Assembly (NCBI GenBank): GCA_016715425.1
Contig: JADKAC010000002.1
Location: forward strand, 171,351 to 235,350
From: Bacteroidota bacterium
GTDB taxonomy: Bacteria > Bacteroidota > Bacteroidia > Chitinophagales > BACL12
Direction of reading: 5' to 3'
DNA length: 64,000 nt
Below are positions 1-9,354 of the stretch, in pieces (the first letter of the stretch is position 1; the number at the start of each line of letters is the position of its first letter). A program made the position numbers and the translations under genes. The notes beneath the pieces were generated by a model. That model saw only the letters and a program-made list of their open reading frames with translations. It was not told where the DNA came from and ran no database searches.

Positions 1-1356
1 CTCATCCTTTCTGATTAGATAAGCCTTATTCATATATGCTTCATATTTCACTCCCTGTGCCTTTTCAATTAAGTTGGATATACGCAACCCTTCACTTAAT
101 TCATAAGTACCCGGAAATTTAACTGCCCCAATAATTGTTACAACATTTTCTACTGTTTCGGGAATTTTTACAAATGTTATTTTATCGCCATTAAATAAAA
201 CAAAATCACCTCCTGAAGCTTTAATGCTATCATAATTAATATCTACTATTACATTTTCATTGTTTATATATCTGCTAACAGTTACAATATTGGTATAGGC
301 TGTTGATTTTAAACCGCCGGCATATTTGAGTAATTGTTCAAGATTTTCACCTTCTATTAATTCATACTTAAAGGCTCTGTTTACTTCACCGGCAACTTCT
401 ACAACACGACCGATAGGCGGCACTACTATATAATCGTTATCCTGCAAGTAAGTATCATCTGAGTAACCTGGATTAGTAAGAAACTGATATACATCCAATG
501 TTTTTACAACCTGATTATTTCTCTTTACATAAATATTTCTTATAGACCCAATATCATTGGGTCCACCTGCTGCAACTAATGCGTTAAATGGCGTATTAAT
601 AGAAGCGATATTATAAGAACCCGGTGAAACAACTTCACCCACAATATTCACTTTAATTGTTTTTGAATACGTTAGTGACACATCGAAATTTGCGCCATTA
701 AGATTTATATAAGTACCGAATTTTTGTTTTAATAATTGTTTAGTAGCTGCATAGGTTAAACCTTGTAAATAAATTCTACCTACTCCAAACGGATTAATAT
801 ATCCATCATCGCTAACTGTAAAGTTTTCATTATAACTAGAAACGCCACCCCAAACAGAAACTGCAATCTGGTCGCCGGGGCCCATTATATAATTATTATT
901 CGGTTTTGAGTTAGGAACTCTTTCATATAATGAAATAGTGGAATTTCTAAAAATCCCTTGTCCATATATTACAGCGGCAACATTGGGTGTTTCGTCTATA
1001 GTCGTCGCTTGCGTTGCATTCACAGCAGGAGTTGTGGTATCTGATAGTTGTTCAGTAGCAGCTGCAATATTTTGTGCTTGGGTATCACCTATCTGATCAA
1101 AAGTTGTAGCGGTTGTTGCTGTACTCGATTCACCCATAGCAGCAAGAATGGCTGTGATTTCAGAATCATTAAATCCCATCGCTTTTAATGAACTTTCTGA
1201 AACCATTGATGGATTTATGGCTGATGGTGATAACCCGCTAGCACCCTGGGTGCTATAAGGATCGGTATTAATCAAACCGGTATTCGCTTGTCCGAAAATG
1301 TTGTTTGAAAATGCAAGGATTAAAAGTAAGAGGGAAATCGAAGAGAATTTCTTCAT
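1..1356 (-). CDS. polysaccharide export protein (Wza-like; Poly_export plus SLBB-type repeats), 3' end cut by window edge
   Basis: Absent from the ORF track because it runs off the window. Manual translation from the ATG at 1356-1354 stays open to position 1 (452 codons). Signal peptide MKKFSSISLLLLILAFSNNIFGQ, motif YIMGPGDQIAVSVWG, and SLBB-like segments VNIVGEVVSPGSYNI and VTIIGAVKFPGTYEL. Confidence 0.75.
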   Translation of the reverse strand, partial: MKKFSSISLLLLILAFSNNIFGQANTGLINTDPYSTQGASGLSPSAINPSMVSESSLKAMGFNDSEITAILAAMGESSTATTATTFDQIGDTQAQNIAAATEQLSDTTTPAVNATQATTIDETPNVAAVIYGQGIFRNSTISLYERVPNSKPNNNYIMGPGDQIAVSVWGGVSSYNENFTVSDDGYINPFGVGRIYLQGLTYAATKQLLKQKFGTYINLNGANFDVSLTYSKTIKVNIVGEVVSPGSYNIASINTPFNALVAAGGPNDIGSIRNIYVKRNNQVVKTLDVYQFLTNPGYSDDTYLQDNDYIVVPPIGRVVEVAGEVNRAFKYELIEGENLEQLLKYAGGLKSTAYTNIVTVSRYINNENVIVDINYDSIKASGGDFVLFNGDKITFVKIPETVENVVTIIGAVKFPGTYELSEGLRISNLIEKAQGVKYEAYMNKAYLIRKDE

Positions 1357-1376
1357 AGTAGTCGTAAAATTTCGTG

Positions 1377-1384
1377 CAAAGATA
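1377..1384 (-). promoter_or_regulatory. candidate Bacteroidetes -7 promoter box (TATCTTTG, fits TAnnTTTG) for the Wza-like gene
   Basis: Minus-strand TATCTTTG lies 20 nt upstream of the ATG at 1356. Single motif match only. Confidence 0.35.
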
Positions 1385-1594
1385 AAAGGAATGACATATT
1401 ATTATGGAAAATAAAATTTAGTACTAAAAACTTGTTAATTTATTTTTCAAATCCCATTCAAGACGCTCATAAAAAGTGCTTAGTTGCACAAATTAACTTA
1501 TTTATAAAATGAAACAGAAGATAACATTATATAACCTAAAATTAGAGGAGACAACTATTAAAAAAATCGTTTATCAAGAATTGTAAATCAGTTA

Positions 1595-3667
1595 TCAGCT
1601 CACAATAGCGCCATCTTGGTCTAGGTCGGTAGCTTGTACAAAATAAAGCTTGCCTTCTTTATCTTTAGCCATCAATATCATTCCATTACTTTCCACTCCC
1701 CGCATTGAGCGAGGTGCGAGATTTACCAGAACAACTACTTTGGCTCCTATTATTGATTCCGGCGTAAAATGTTTGGCAATGCCAGAAGCGATTGTACACT
1801 TCTCAAAACCGAGATCAACGGTAAGATTTAAAAGTTTATCAGCTTTGGGAATTGCCTCAGCATGAATAATTGTACCGGTACGCAAATCAAGTTTTGCAAA
1901 ATCATCAAACGCTATTGTTGGTTTTAAATTCGTTTCTTCTTTTATCACTTCAGAAATTATGCTTGTTGTTTTCCCCTTTTGTAATGCCTCAATTTTAGCA
2001 ATAATTTCTGCCTCATCAATTTTATTAAAAAAATGAACAGGTTCACTAACTCTATTTCCGGTTACTAATTGAATATTATTAAACTGAAAAGAAAGTGACT
2101 CTTCGTTTACGGATAAAGTGTTATAAATTTTTGTAGCGGTAAACGGAAGAAATGGCTCGCATAACACCGCAATATCAATTAAAGATTCAAGACATATTCG
2201 CAACACACCAGCGCAGGTATCAGGATCCTGTTTAAATATTTTCCACGGTTCATAATCCGTAAGCAATTTATTTCCTGTACGCACCACATCCATCATTGCC
2301 GCCATTGCATCACGAAATCTATAGGATTCTATAGCGGGTTTATAATTCTTTTCGATTAATCTATTTATTGTAGAATAGTAATTCTGAATATATTCTTCTT
2401 GCAAAAATTCTTTATTAATCTCCGGCACTTTCCCATCAAAAAATTTATGCGTAAGTACTAACACTCGGTTAATGAAATTGCCAAGTATTGCAACCAATTC
2501 ATTATTATTCTTGGCTTGATAATCTTTCCATGAAAATTCACTGTCTTTTGTTTCCGGAAGATTACTACTTAAAACATATCGCAATACATCTTCTTTACCG
2601 GGATTATCATTTAAAAAAGTATGCACTTGTACTGACCAGTTTCGGGAAGTACTCATCTTATCACCTTCCAAATTCATAAATTCATTTGCCGGCACATTAG
2701 TAGGTAATATAAATCCCCCATGTGATTTTAGTATTACCGGAAATATTAAACAATGAAAAACGATGTTATCCTTACCGATAAAATGTACCAGCTTAGTGGT
2801 TTCATCTTTCCAGTATGGCTCCCAATTTTTATTATGATCTTTTGCCCATTGCTTGGTGGCACTTATATAACCGATAGGCGCATCTAACCAAACATATAAT
2901 ACTTTTCCATCTGCTCCGGGCAACGGTACTTTCACACCCCAATCCAAATCTCTTGTAATAGGACGAGGATGTAATCCATCATCCAGCCAGGATTTACATT
3001 GGCCTAACACATTGCGCTTCCATTCTTCTTTTCTGCCTTCACCCTGTACAATCCAGTCTGTTAACCACTGCTGATAATTATTTAAAGGCAAATACCAATG
3101 TTTGGTTTTCTTTTTCGATGGTTTCTCACCACTTAAAGTAGAGACAGGATTAATTAGATCATCTGCATTTAAAGAGGTACCGCATTTCTCGCATTGATCA
3201 CCATACGCATTTGGGTTAGCACAATTCGGACAGGTTCCCTGAATATATCTGTCGGCTAAAAACTGGTGAAATTTTTCGTCGTAATACTGTTCACTTTCTT
3301 TTTCTTCGAATACACCTTTGTTATATAATTCAAGAAAAAAATCAGAAGATGTTTGATGATGCAATTCAGAAGAAGTACGATGATAGATATCGAAACTGAT
3401 TCCTAAATCTTCGAATGCTTTTTTATTTATTGTATGATATTTATCAATAATTTCTTTTGGAGTGATCCCTTCTTTTTTTGCCTGAATAGTAATTGCAACC
3501 CCATGTTCATCGCTGCCACAAACAAAAACCACATCTTGCTTTCTTCGGCGCAAATATCTCACATAAATATCTGCAGGTAAATATGCGCCTGCAATATGCC
3601 CAACATGTAAAGGACCATTTGCATAAGGAAGGGCGGAAGTGATAAGGTATCTTTGTGGTTGTGTCAT
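1595..3667 (-). CDS. metG: methionine--tRNA ligase
   Basis: Class I HIGH-type motif (GPLHVGH), KMSKS-type motif (KMSTS), Zn knuckle CPNC...CEKC, and a C-terminal tRNA-binding (Trbp111/EMAP-like) domain. The ORF opens at 3706, but MTQPQRYLITSALPYANG (3667) is the likely start. Confidence 0.95.
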   Translation of the reverse strand: MTQPQRYLITSALPYANGPLHVGHIAGAYLPADIYVRYLRRRKQDVVFVCGSDEHGVAITIQAKKEGITPKEIIDKYHTINKKAFEDLGISFDIYHRTSSELHHQTSSDFFLELYNKGVFEEKESEQYYDEKFHQFLADRYIQGTCPNCANPNAYGDQCEKCGTSLNADDLINPVSTLSGEKPSKKKTKHWYLPLNNYQQWLTDWIVQGEGRKEEWKRNVLGQCKSWLDDGLHPRPITRDLDWGVKVPLPGADGKVLYVWLDAPIGYISATKQWAKDHNKNWEPYWKDETTKLVHFIGKDNIVFHCLIFPVILKSHGGFILPTNVPANEFMNLEGDKMSTSRNWSVQVHTFLNDNPGKEDVLRYVLSSNLPETKDSEFSWKDYQAKNNNELVAILGNFINRVLVLTHKFFDGKVPEINKEFLQEEYIQNYYSTINRLIEKNYKPAIESYRFRDAMAAMMDVVRTGNKLLTDYEPWKIFKQDPDTCAGVLRICLESLIDIAVLCEPFLPFTATKIYNTLSVNEESLSFQFNNIQLVTGNRVSEPVHFFNKIDEAEIIAKIEALQKGKTTSIISEVIKEETNLKPTIAFDDFAKLDLRTGTIIHAEAIPKADKLLNLTVDLGFEKCTIASGIAKHFTPESIIGAKVVVLVNLAPRSMRGVESNGMILMAKDKEGKLYFVQATDLDQDGAIVS

Positions 3668-3708
3668 AAAATGAGTGGCAAATTTACAAAAGCAAAAACG
3701 ATTCACTT

Positions 3709-4605
3709 ATGCATATTCCTCCGTTACAAGCAGGAGATAAAGTTGCAATAATTAGTACAGCGAGATTAATTTCTTTTTCTGAGATTGAAGTTGCTGTAAA
3801 AAAAATAAAAGAACATAATTATATACCAATTATAGGCAATACGATTGATGCAAACTATTTAGTATTTGCGGGAGATGATTTAATGCGTGCTCAGGAATTT
3901 CAAAAATTTTTAGATAATCCCGATATTAAAGCGATTCTATTTGCCCGTGGTGGATATGGAACAATAAGAATTTTGGATAAAATTGATTTCAGCAAATTTT
4001 TATTACATCCCAAATGGTTATGCGGCTTTAGCGATATCACTCTACTACACTCTCATATAAATGATAAACTTGCTGTGCCAACGGTGCATAGTGCCATGCC
4101 TTTTAATTTCCCAACTACTGATAAAATTTCTATTGATTCACTCTTTGATATTTTAAGTGGTATTCTTCCCAATTATTTCTGTGATACCTCAGAATTTAAC
4201 ATACATGGAATTGCAGAGGGGGAAATAATTGGTGGAAATTTATCTATACTCTATAGCTTGCTTGGAACACGATTTGGCTTTAACTCAGCAGGTAAAATAC
4301 TATTTATTGAAGAAGTGGATGAATATCTGTATCATGTGGACAGAATGCTGATAAGTTTAAAACTTGCGGGTAAACTTCAACATTTAAAAGGATTAGTTGT
4401 AGGTGGTTTTACACAAATGAAAGACAACAAAGTATCCTTTGGGTTGTCGGTAAATGAAATTATTTTAGAACACGTAAAAGAATATAAATATCCGGTGGTA
4501 TTTAATTTTCCTGCAGGACATTCCAAAATAAATAGGGCAATGATTTTGGGTAAAAAAATTAAATTAATTTCTGATAAGTCTGGCTCAACGATGCAATATA
4601 TTTAA
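3709..4605 (+). CDS. LD-carboxypeptidase (peptidase S66 family)
   Basis: 298 aa. Nucleophile context CGFSDITLLH, family-typical length, and C-terminal FPAGH motif. Confidence 0.8.
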   Translation: MHIPPLQAGDKVAIISTARLISFSEIEVAVKKIKEHNYIPIIGNTIDANYLVFAGDDLMRAQEFQKFLDNPDIKAILFARGGYGTIRILDKIDFSKFLLHPKWLCGFSDITLLHSHINDKLAVPTVHSAMPFNFPTTDKISIDSLFDILSGILPNYFCDTSEFNIHGIAEGEIIGGNLSILYSLLGTRFGFNSAGKILFIEEVDEYLYHVDRMLISLKLAGKLQHLKGLVVGGFTQMKDNKVSFGLSVNEIILEHVKEYKYPVVFNFPAGHSKINRAMILGKKIKLISDKSGSTMQYI

Positions 4606-4883
4606 TCGCCAATTCCACCTGTAAGATTATAGAGATTTGTGTATTGTTCCATTTGCTTTAACCGTTGGATTGCAAGTTGACTTCGAATCCCCTTCCTGCA
4701 ATAAAATATCACGGGAATATCTTTTGGGATTTTATTTTTTTCTAAAACTATTTCACCAAGTGGAATTAAAACCCCACCAATATTTTTTTTTTCATGCTCT
4801 TCTTCTTCCCGAACATCCACTAAAAAAAATTTCCTATTTTCTGTTTTCCATTTTTCGAATTCTGCAATTGATAATTGAAACAT
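4602..4883 (-). CDS. single-domain rhodanese-like sulfurtransferase
   Basis: 93 aa with active-site loop YCRKGIRS (Cys-X4-Arg/Ser type). Confidence 0.8.
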   Translation of the reverse strand: MFQLSIAEFEKWKTENRKFFLVDVREEEEHEKKNIGGVLIPLGEIVLEKNKIPKDIPVIFYCRKGIRSQLAIQRLKQMEQYTNLYNLTGGIGD

Positions 4884-4897
4884 TTAATAACTAAATT

Positions 4898-5752
4898 CTA
4901 TTTTGAAACTTTGCTTGTGAAAGGATATTTTGTACCTGCATACGATTTTAAATCGCAGGTTATTCTACCAACTGATAATTCAGATTCGATACGCACCGGA
5001 ATACGATTGGCATCATCGGTAAACCAAATTGTCATACCCTCTCCTTTCTTAAAAATATCTCCTTCTACTAATAGTGGTTTTACTTTCATGCAATTAAAAG
5101 TTCCTAGTTTGGTTTTATATTGCTCCTTGCCTTCATATCGTATATATAAATTATATACTGTATCATCCACAGCCATCGTTACCGGAATTTTATCTCCGGG
5201 TTTATAAAGGTCAAAATTTAAAGTGCGTGCCCAATAAAAAGAAGACAGTAAGTCAACAGCACAAGGCTCCACATTTTTAATTGTTTTTGTATTTGTCTTA
5301 CCATTTTTCCTGTCTTCAAAAGATATAATAGTATTTGTTTGACGGTTCCATTCATAAGATCTAAAAAAAGAATAACCTCCTTCATTTATATCTCTCAAAA
5401 ATTTTTCACTTTTTAAAGATTCTGGCTGCATCCAAGTTTCCATTTTATCCCGCACTTTAAAAAACCAATCGAACGAACCATAAGAAACCGCTTCCATTAT
5501 AGCATGATACATTTTCTTATTATTCAAATTCGCATCTTGTAATTTAAAATAAACTTCACCAGCTCCAATCCACATTGGGCCTGCATTATAAAACACTTTG
5601 TAAGTTAATGATTCACCGGATTGAAATGAAGTAGTTTCGATAGAACAATTATTTGAATCATCTTGCTGAACAATAGATGTATCTAATGCAGAAATACCTA
5701 CTGTAGCAAAAGCAACAATTGTGATGAAAGCAAGTATTTTTTTTCTATTCAT
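4898..5752 (-). CDS. DUF3108-like secreted protein
   Basis: 284 aa. N-terminal signal or anchor, and FQSGESLTYKVFYNAGPMWIGAGEVYF resembles the DUF3108 signature. It overlaps the upstream gene by 8 nt. Confidence 0.6.
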   Translation of the reverse strand: MNRKKILAFITIVAFATVGISALDTSIVQQDDSNNCSIETTSFQSGESLTYKVFYNAGPMWIGAGEVYFKLQDANLNNKKMYHAIMEAVSYGSFDWFFKVRDKMETWMQPESLKSEKFLRDINEGGYSFFRSYEWNRQTNTIISFEDRKNGKTNTKTIKNVEPCAVDLLSSFYWARTLNFDLYKPGDKIPVTMAVDDTVYNLYIRYEGKEQYKTKLGTFNCMKVKPLLVEGDIFKKGEGMTIWFTDDANRIPVRIESELSVGRITCDLKSYAGTKYPFTSKVSK

Positions 5753-6728
5753 TTCCAGTTTGTTTTAAAAAATTTTTTTTGATTATAAAAGTATATCCCA
5801 GTATTGCCGGTATTATCAAATTCAATAACCATAAACAGGTAGAGGCTGCAAAAACACCAACTGTATTTTCTGAATAAAAGCCACAAAAATATACCGCAAT
5901 ATTCCCTCTCGTAAATAATTCCGCAATAGCAAAGCTCGGTATAATTGTTTGTGCTAAAAATATCAGACCTATAACTAACACACCTTCTCCTACATTTAAA
6001 TGAACTCCGAATAATTTGAGGAAAGCCAAATACTGTGCCGTAAAGACTGAGTAACGAATTGCGGATAAGCCGAGATATCTCCATAAATCTTGATTGTGAT
6101 AACTACCAATTATAGTGATATATGGTAATATCCTACTGAAAAATTTTTTACGTTTAAAGACCTCAATAAAGATGTGCAAATTAAAGTAGGCTGCGAAGAA
6201 AACAATGTCAAGTACTATACAAATACCAATTAGCATCCAGGTTATGTATGTATCAAAAATTGTTTGTGTCAACAAAAAAATAATTAGCGTGATTATACCT
6301 ATCGTTGATGTTACTACAATCTGTCCGAAGCTGCCAATTAAAGTTGCAATAATACTGCTGATACGATGGCGCATAGGCAAATACAATATACGACCTCCAT
6401 ATTCCCCTATTCTATTTGGTGTGAATAATCCTAAGGTAACACCAGTCCACACAGCTTTAAAAGCCTGTATAAATGGTATGTTATAAATTTTTGAAATAAT
6501 ATTTTTCCATTTATAAGATTCCACTCCCCAATTTAAAAGCATTAAAATTGTTACAGAAAATAATAGTAAGAAATCGTTTGAATTAATACTTTCCAACATA
6601 AGTTGCAGTGCAGATTTTACATCACTATTTCCTATCAATTGTTTATAAAGCGCAAAAATCAACAGCCCAAGAATGGCTACCTTTATTAGAATAGAATAAA
6701 CTTGATTTTTTCCTTTAAATAATTTCAA
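5745..6728 (-). CDS. polytopic membrane protein, UPF0104 / lysylphosphatidylglycerol-synthase-TM-like (flippase-like) family
   Basis: 327 aa with about 8 hydrophobic helices. The family call is by overall resemblance only. Confidence 0.55.
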   Translation of the reverse strand: MKLFKGKNQVYSILIKVAILGLLIFALYKQLIGNSDVKSALQLMLESINSNDFLLLFSVTILMLLNWGVESYKWKNIISKIYNIPFIQAFKAVWTGVTLGLFTPNRIGEYGGRILYLPMRHRISSIIATLIGSFGQIVVTSTIGIITLIIFLLTQTIFDTYITWMLIGICIVLDIVFFAAYFNLHIFIEVFKRKKFFSRILPYITIIGSYHNQDLWRYLGLSAIRYSVFTAQYLAFLKLFGVHLNVGEGVLVIGLIFLAQTIIPSFAIAELFTRGNIAVYFCGFYSENTVGVFAASTCLWLLNLIIPAILGYTFIIKKNFLKQTGNE

Positions 6729-6745
6729 AATATGATTGAATTAAA

Positions 6746-7324
6746 ATGACGACAATTAATACAAAACAAGTGATAATGGGCGTGGATCCCGGGACCAACT
6801 TGTTAGGTTATAGTGTAATTCACAGTGATAAAAATACTATGAATATTCTCATAAACGGAGTTCTTGATTTGAAGAAGACAGAAGATCATTTTCAAAAGTT
6901 GCGTCTTATTTATGATAGACTACATTCTATTATTGAAGCTTACAATCCTACAGTACTTGCAATTGAATCACCATTTTTTGGTAAGAATGTACAATCCATG
7001 CTAAAACTTGGTCGGGCTCAAGGTGCAGCAATACTTGTTGCAGCACATTTTGACATGGAAATAATTGAATATAGTCCAAGACGCATAAAACAAGCAATTA
7101 CCGGAAAAGGAAATGCATCTAAAGAACAAGTAGCATTAATGCTAAAAAGTATTTTTGCATTAGAATCTATTCCAAAATATATGGATGAATCAGATGCACT
7201 AGCTGCCGCTGCTTGCCACCATTACAGTAATAGGGTTATTCAAACAACGAAGATTACAAAACACAAAAAAGGAAATTCCTGGACAGAATTTATTAAATCA
7301 AATCCTGATAAAATCCAAGGCTAA
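6746..7324 (+). CDS. ruvC: crossover junction endodeoxyribonuclease RuvC
   Basis: GVDPGT...AIESPFFGKNVQSMLKLGRAQGA...ESDALAAA match conserved RuvC blocks. The start could instead be the internal ATG at 6776. Confidence 0.9.
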   Translation: MTTINTKQVIMGVDPGTNLLGYSVIHSDKNTMNILINGVLDLKKTEDHFQKLRLIYDRLHSIIEAYNPTVLAIESPFFGKNVQSMLKLGRAQGAAILVAAHFDMEIIEYSPRRIKQAITGKGNASKEQVALMLKSIFALESIPKYMDESDALAAAACHHYSNRVIQTTKITKHKKGNSWTEFIKSNPDKIQG

Positions 7325-7327
7325 TTT

Positions 7328-7720
7328 TTACAAAAAGGATTTTATTTTTTCTGCAATATTGGTGAGTTCTTGTTGAGTCATTTTCAATTTTGGTTTACTG
7401 AAATTTATATCATCCATGGTTTGTAAAGGAATAAGATGAATGTGCGCATGTGGCACTTCTAAACCTATTACTGCAATACCAATACGCTGACAAGGAATTG
7501 CTCTTTCCATGGCTGAGGCTACCTTTTTAGCAAATGGTAATGCTGCACTGAGTAATTGATTATCTAAATCAAATATATAATCCATTTCTATTTTGGGAAC
7601 CACTAGTGTATGCCCCGAAGCCAATGGCATAATATCAAGGAAGGCATAAAAATTCTCATCTTCCAATATTTTAAATCCCGGAATTTCGCCTGCAATAATT
7701 TTACTGAAAATACTTGACAT
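7328..7720 (-). CDS. HIT family hydrolase
   Basis: 130 aa with histidine triad HAHIHLIP. Confidence 0.9.
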   Translation of the reverse strand: MSSIFSKIIAGEIPGFKILEDENFYAFLDIMPLASGHTLVVPKIEMDYIFDLDNQLLSAALPFAKKVASAMERAIPCQRIGIAVIGLEVPHAHIHLIPLQTMDDINFSKPKLKMTQQELTNIAEKIKSFL

Positions 7721-7722
7721 GT

Positions 7723-8196
7723 TTAAATAGTTATATCCAGAATTTTTAATTCAAGTTCACCTGCCGGAATTGTAATTGTAACAACATCTCCTATTACGTG
7801 TCCTAATAATCCCTTTCCAATTGGAGATGTTACAGAGATTTTATTCGCTTTAAAATCAGCTTCTTTTTCAGCTACAAGCTTATATTGGATTTCTTTATTC
7901 ATTTTAGTATGGAGTACTTTAACTTTGGTAAGCACGGCAACTTTAGAAGTATCAATTTTTGATTCATCCATAATTCGGGCATTGCCAAGCAGTTCATCCA
8001 ATTTTGCAATCTTTAATTCCATCAATCCTTGAGCTTCTTTTGCAGCGTCGTATTCGGCATTTTCAGAGAGGTCTCCTTTTTCTCTTGCTTCTTTAATTTG
8101 TTTTGTTATCTCTTTTCTGCCTTTGGACTTTAATTGCTGAATTTCAGCAACTAAATTGTCGTATCCTTCTTGAGTTAAGTATGTTATATCAGCCAT
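7723..8196 (-). CDS. greA: transcription elongation factor GreA
   Basis: 157 aa. N-terminal coiled coil with DLSENAEYDAAKE, plus a C-terminal FKBP-like domain. Confidence 0.95.
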   Translation of the reverse strand: MADITYLTQEGYDNLVAEIQQLKSKGRKEITKQIKEAREKGDLSENAEYDAAKEAQGLMELKIAKLDELLGNARIMDESKIDTSKVAVLTKVKVLHTKMNKEIQYKLVAEKEADFKANKISVTSPIGKGLLGHVIGDVVTITIPAGELELKILDITI

Positions 8197-8215
8197 GGTA
8201 TTTCGCTTTTTTAGT

Positions 8216-8249
8216 AAAAAAAAGAAACGCCTCCTTGCGGAAACGTTTC
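8216..8249 (-). terminator. Rho-independent terminator after the PorV-like gene
   Basis: Minus-strand RNA GAAACGUUUCC-GCAA-GGAGGCGUUUC forms an 11-bp stem (two G-U pairs) with a GNRA loop, followed by U8. Confidence 0.7.
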
Positions 8250-8272
8250 AACAAAATTAAATAAAATAAATA

Positions 8273-9343
8273 CTAGATACTTAATCTAATTCCAAATGAA
8301 TGTGTACCATCATAAGGGTTAGAAGATCTGTAAGAATAGCTTATAGAAAGCATATTAGAAGAAGAGTTTGCAAATGCGGTTTGGAATGTCACACCTGCAG
8401 CTAAGCCAGTATGTGCTGTTGTTCTTTCATCAGCATTTGATGAAAGCATTCCATCTTCATATCTGTATCCTGCACGAAGTAAAAACATTTCGGTATTTTT
8501 TACTTTTAATCCATATTCTAATCCTAATCCAAACTGATCCTTACTGAATGAATTAGAAATGAAAGTACCAACAGCAGTTAACCTATTAGTTGTTCCAAAA
8601 TAAAAGTCATAAGATAAACCAATAGAGAGTGAAGAAGGTAATTCAAAATATTCTGTAGGGAATCCAACTGTAGCTGTATAAGTTCCTTCGGGAACATTAC
8701 CTCTAAAAGTTATACCATCGCCACCATAACGCATAGGGCTGCCGATATTTTTAAGAGTAACCCCCATTTTCATTTGCTCTGGATGTTCTTCAGGTCCTGT
8801 GATATATTGAATACCAACATCCAATGCTACACCAAATGCCTTTAAATCAGAAATATTTTCAGAAATACCCCTAATTGTAAGTCCGCCGCTCAAATAATCT
8901 GCAAATTTCCTGGAATAGGATAACGCAAAATTCGATAACCTGGGTCTAAACGTAGCACCAGTTCCTTCAGGTGAGGCTGTAGTAGTAACCGGGATATCAC
9001 CAAGATTAAAATTGACAAGTGATAATCCGATTGCACCTTCTCCAACCTTTTGTGCAATACCAAAGGAATTAATGCTAATATCAGAACCTACTAACCATTC
9101 TGTTCTAGAAAAAGTCATATCTGTTCTATTGATAAAAGTTAGACCAGCAACATTCACATTCATAGACTCTAATCCTTGAATTGATGCCACATTTAAGCCA
9201 TACCAACCTGAACTTTGGGCCCAAGGGTTTATCAATATCTCTGAAGCCCCTGATTGTCCAGCTCTATCTGGGTTACCGGCTATAACCTTACCTGCCAATG
9301 CAAGTAACACAACAAAAACTTTTACTTTTAAAAATCCTCTCAT
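8273..9343 (-). CDS. PorV/PorQ/FadL-like outer-membrane beta-barrel protein
   Basis: 356 aa with a signal peptide. The N-terminal block AGQSGASEILINPWAQSSGWYGLNVASIQGLESMNVNVAGL resembles the PorV/FadL N-terminal signature. Alternating beta-strand pattern, and the C-terminus FGIRLSI is aromatic or hydrophobic. Starts 11 nt after the upstream gene. Confidence 0.5.
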   Translation of the reverse strand: MRGFLKVKVFVVLLALAGKVIAGNPDRAGQSGASEILINPWAQSSGWYGLNVASIQGLESMNVNVAGLTFINRTDMTFSRTEWLVGSDISINSFGIAQKVGEGAIGLSLVNFNLGDIPVTTTASPEGTGATFRPRLSNFALSYSRKFADYLSGGLTIRGISENISDLKAFGVALDVGIQYITGPEEHPEQMKMGVTLKNIGSPMRYGGDGITFRGNVPEGTYTATVGFPTEYFELPSSLSIGLSYDFYFGTTNRLTAVGTFISNSFSKDQFGLGLEYGLKVKNTEMFLLRAGYRYEDGMLSSNADERTTAHTGLAAGVTFQTAFANSSSNMLSISYSYRSSNPYDGTHSFGIRLSI

Positions 9344-9354
9344 TTATATAAGTT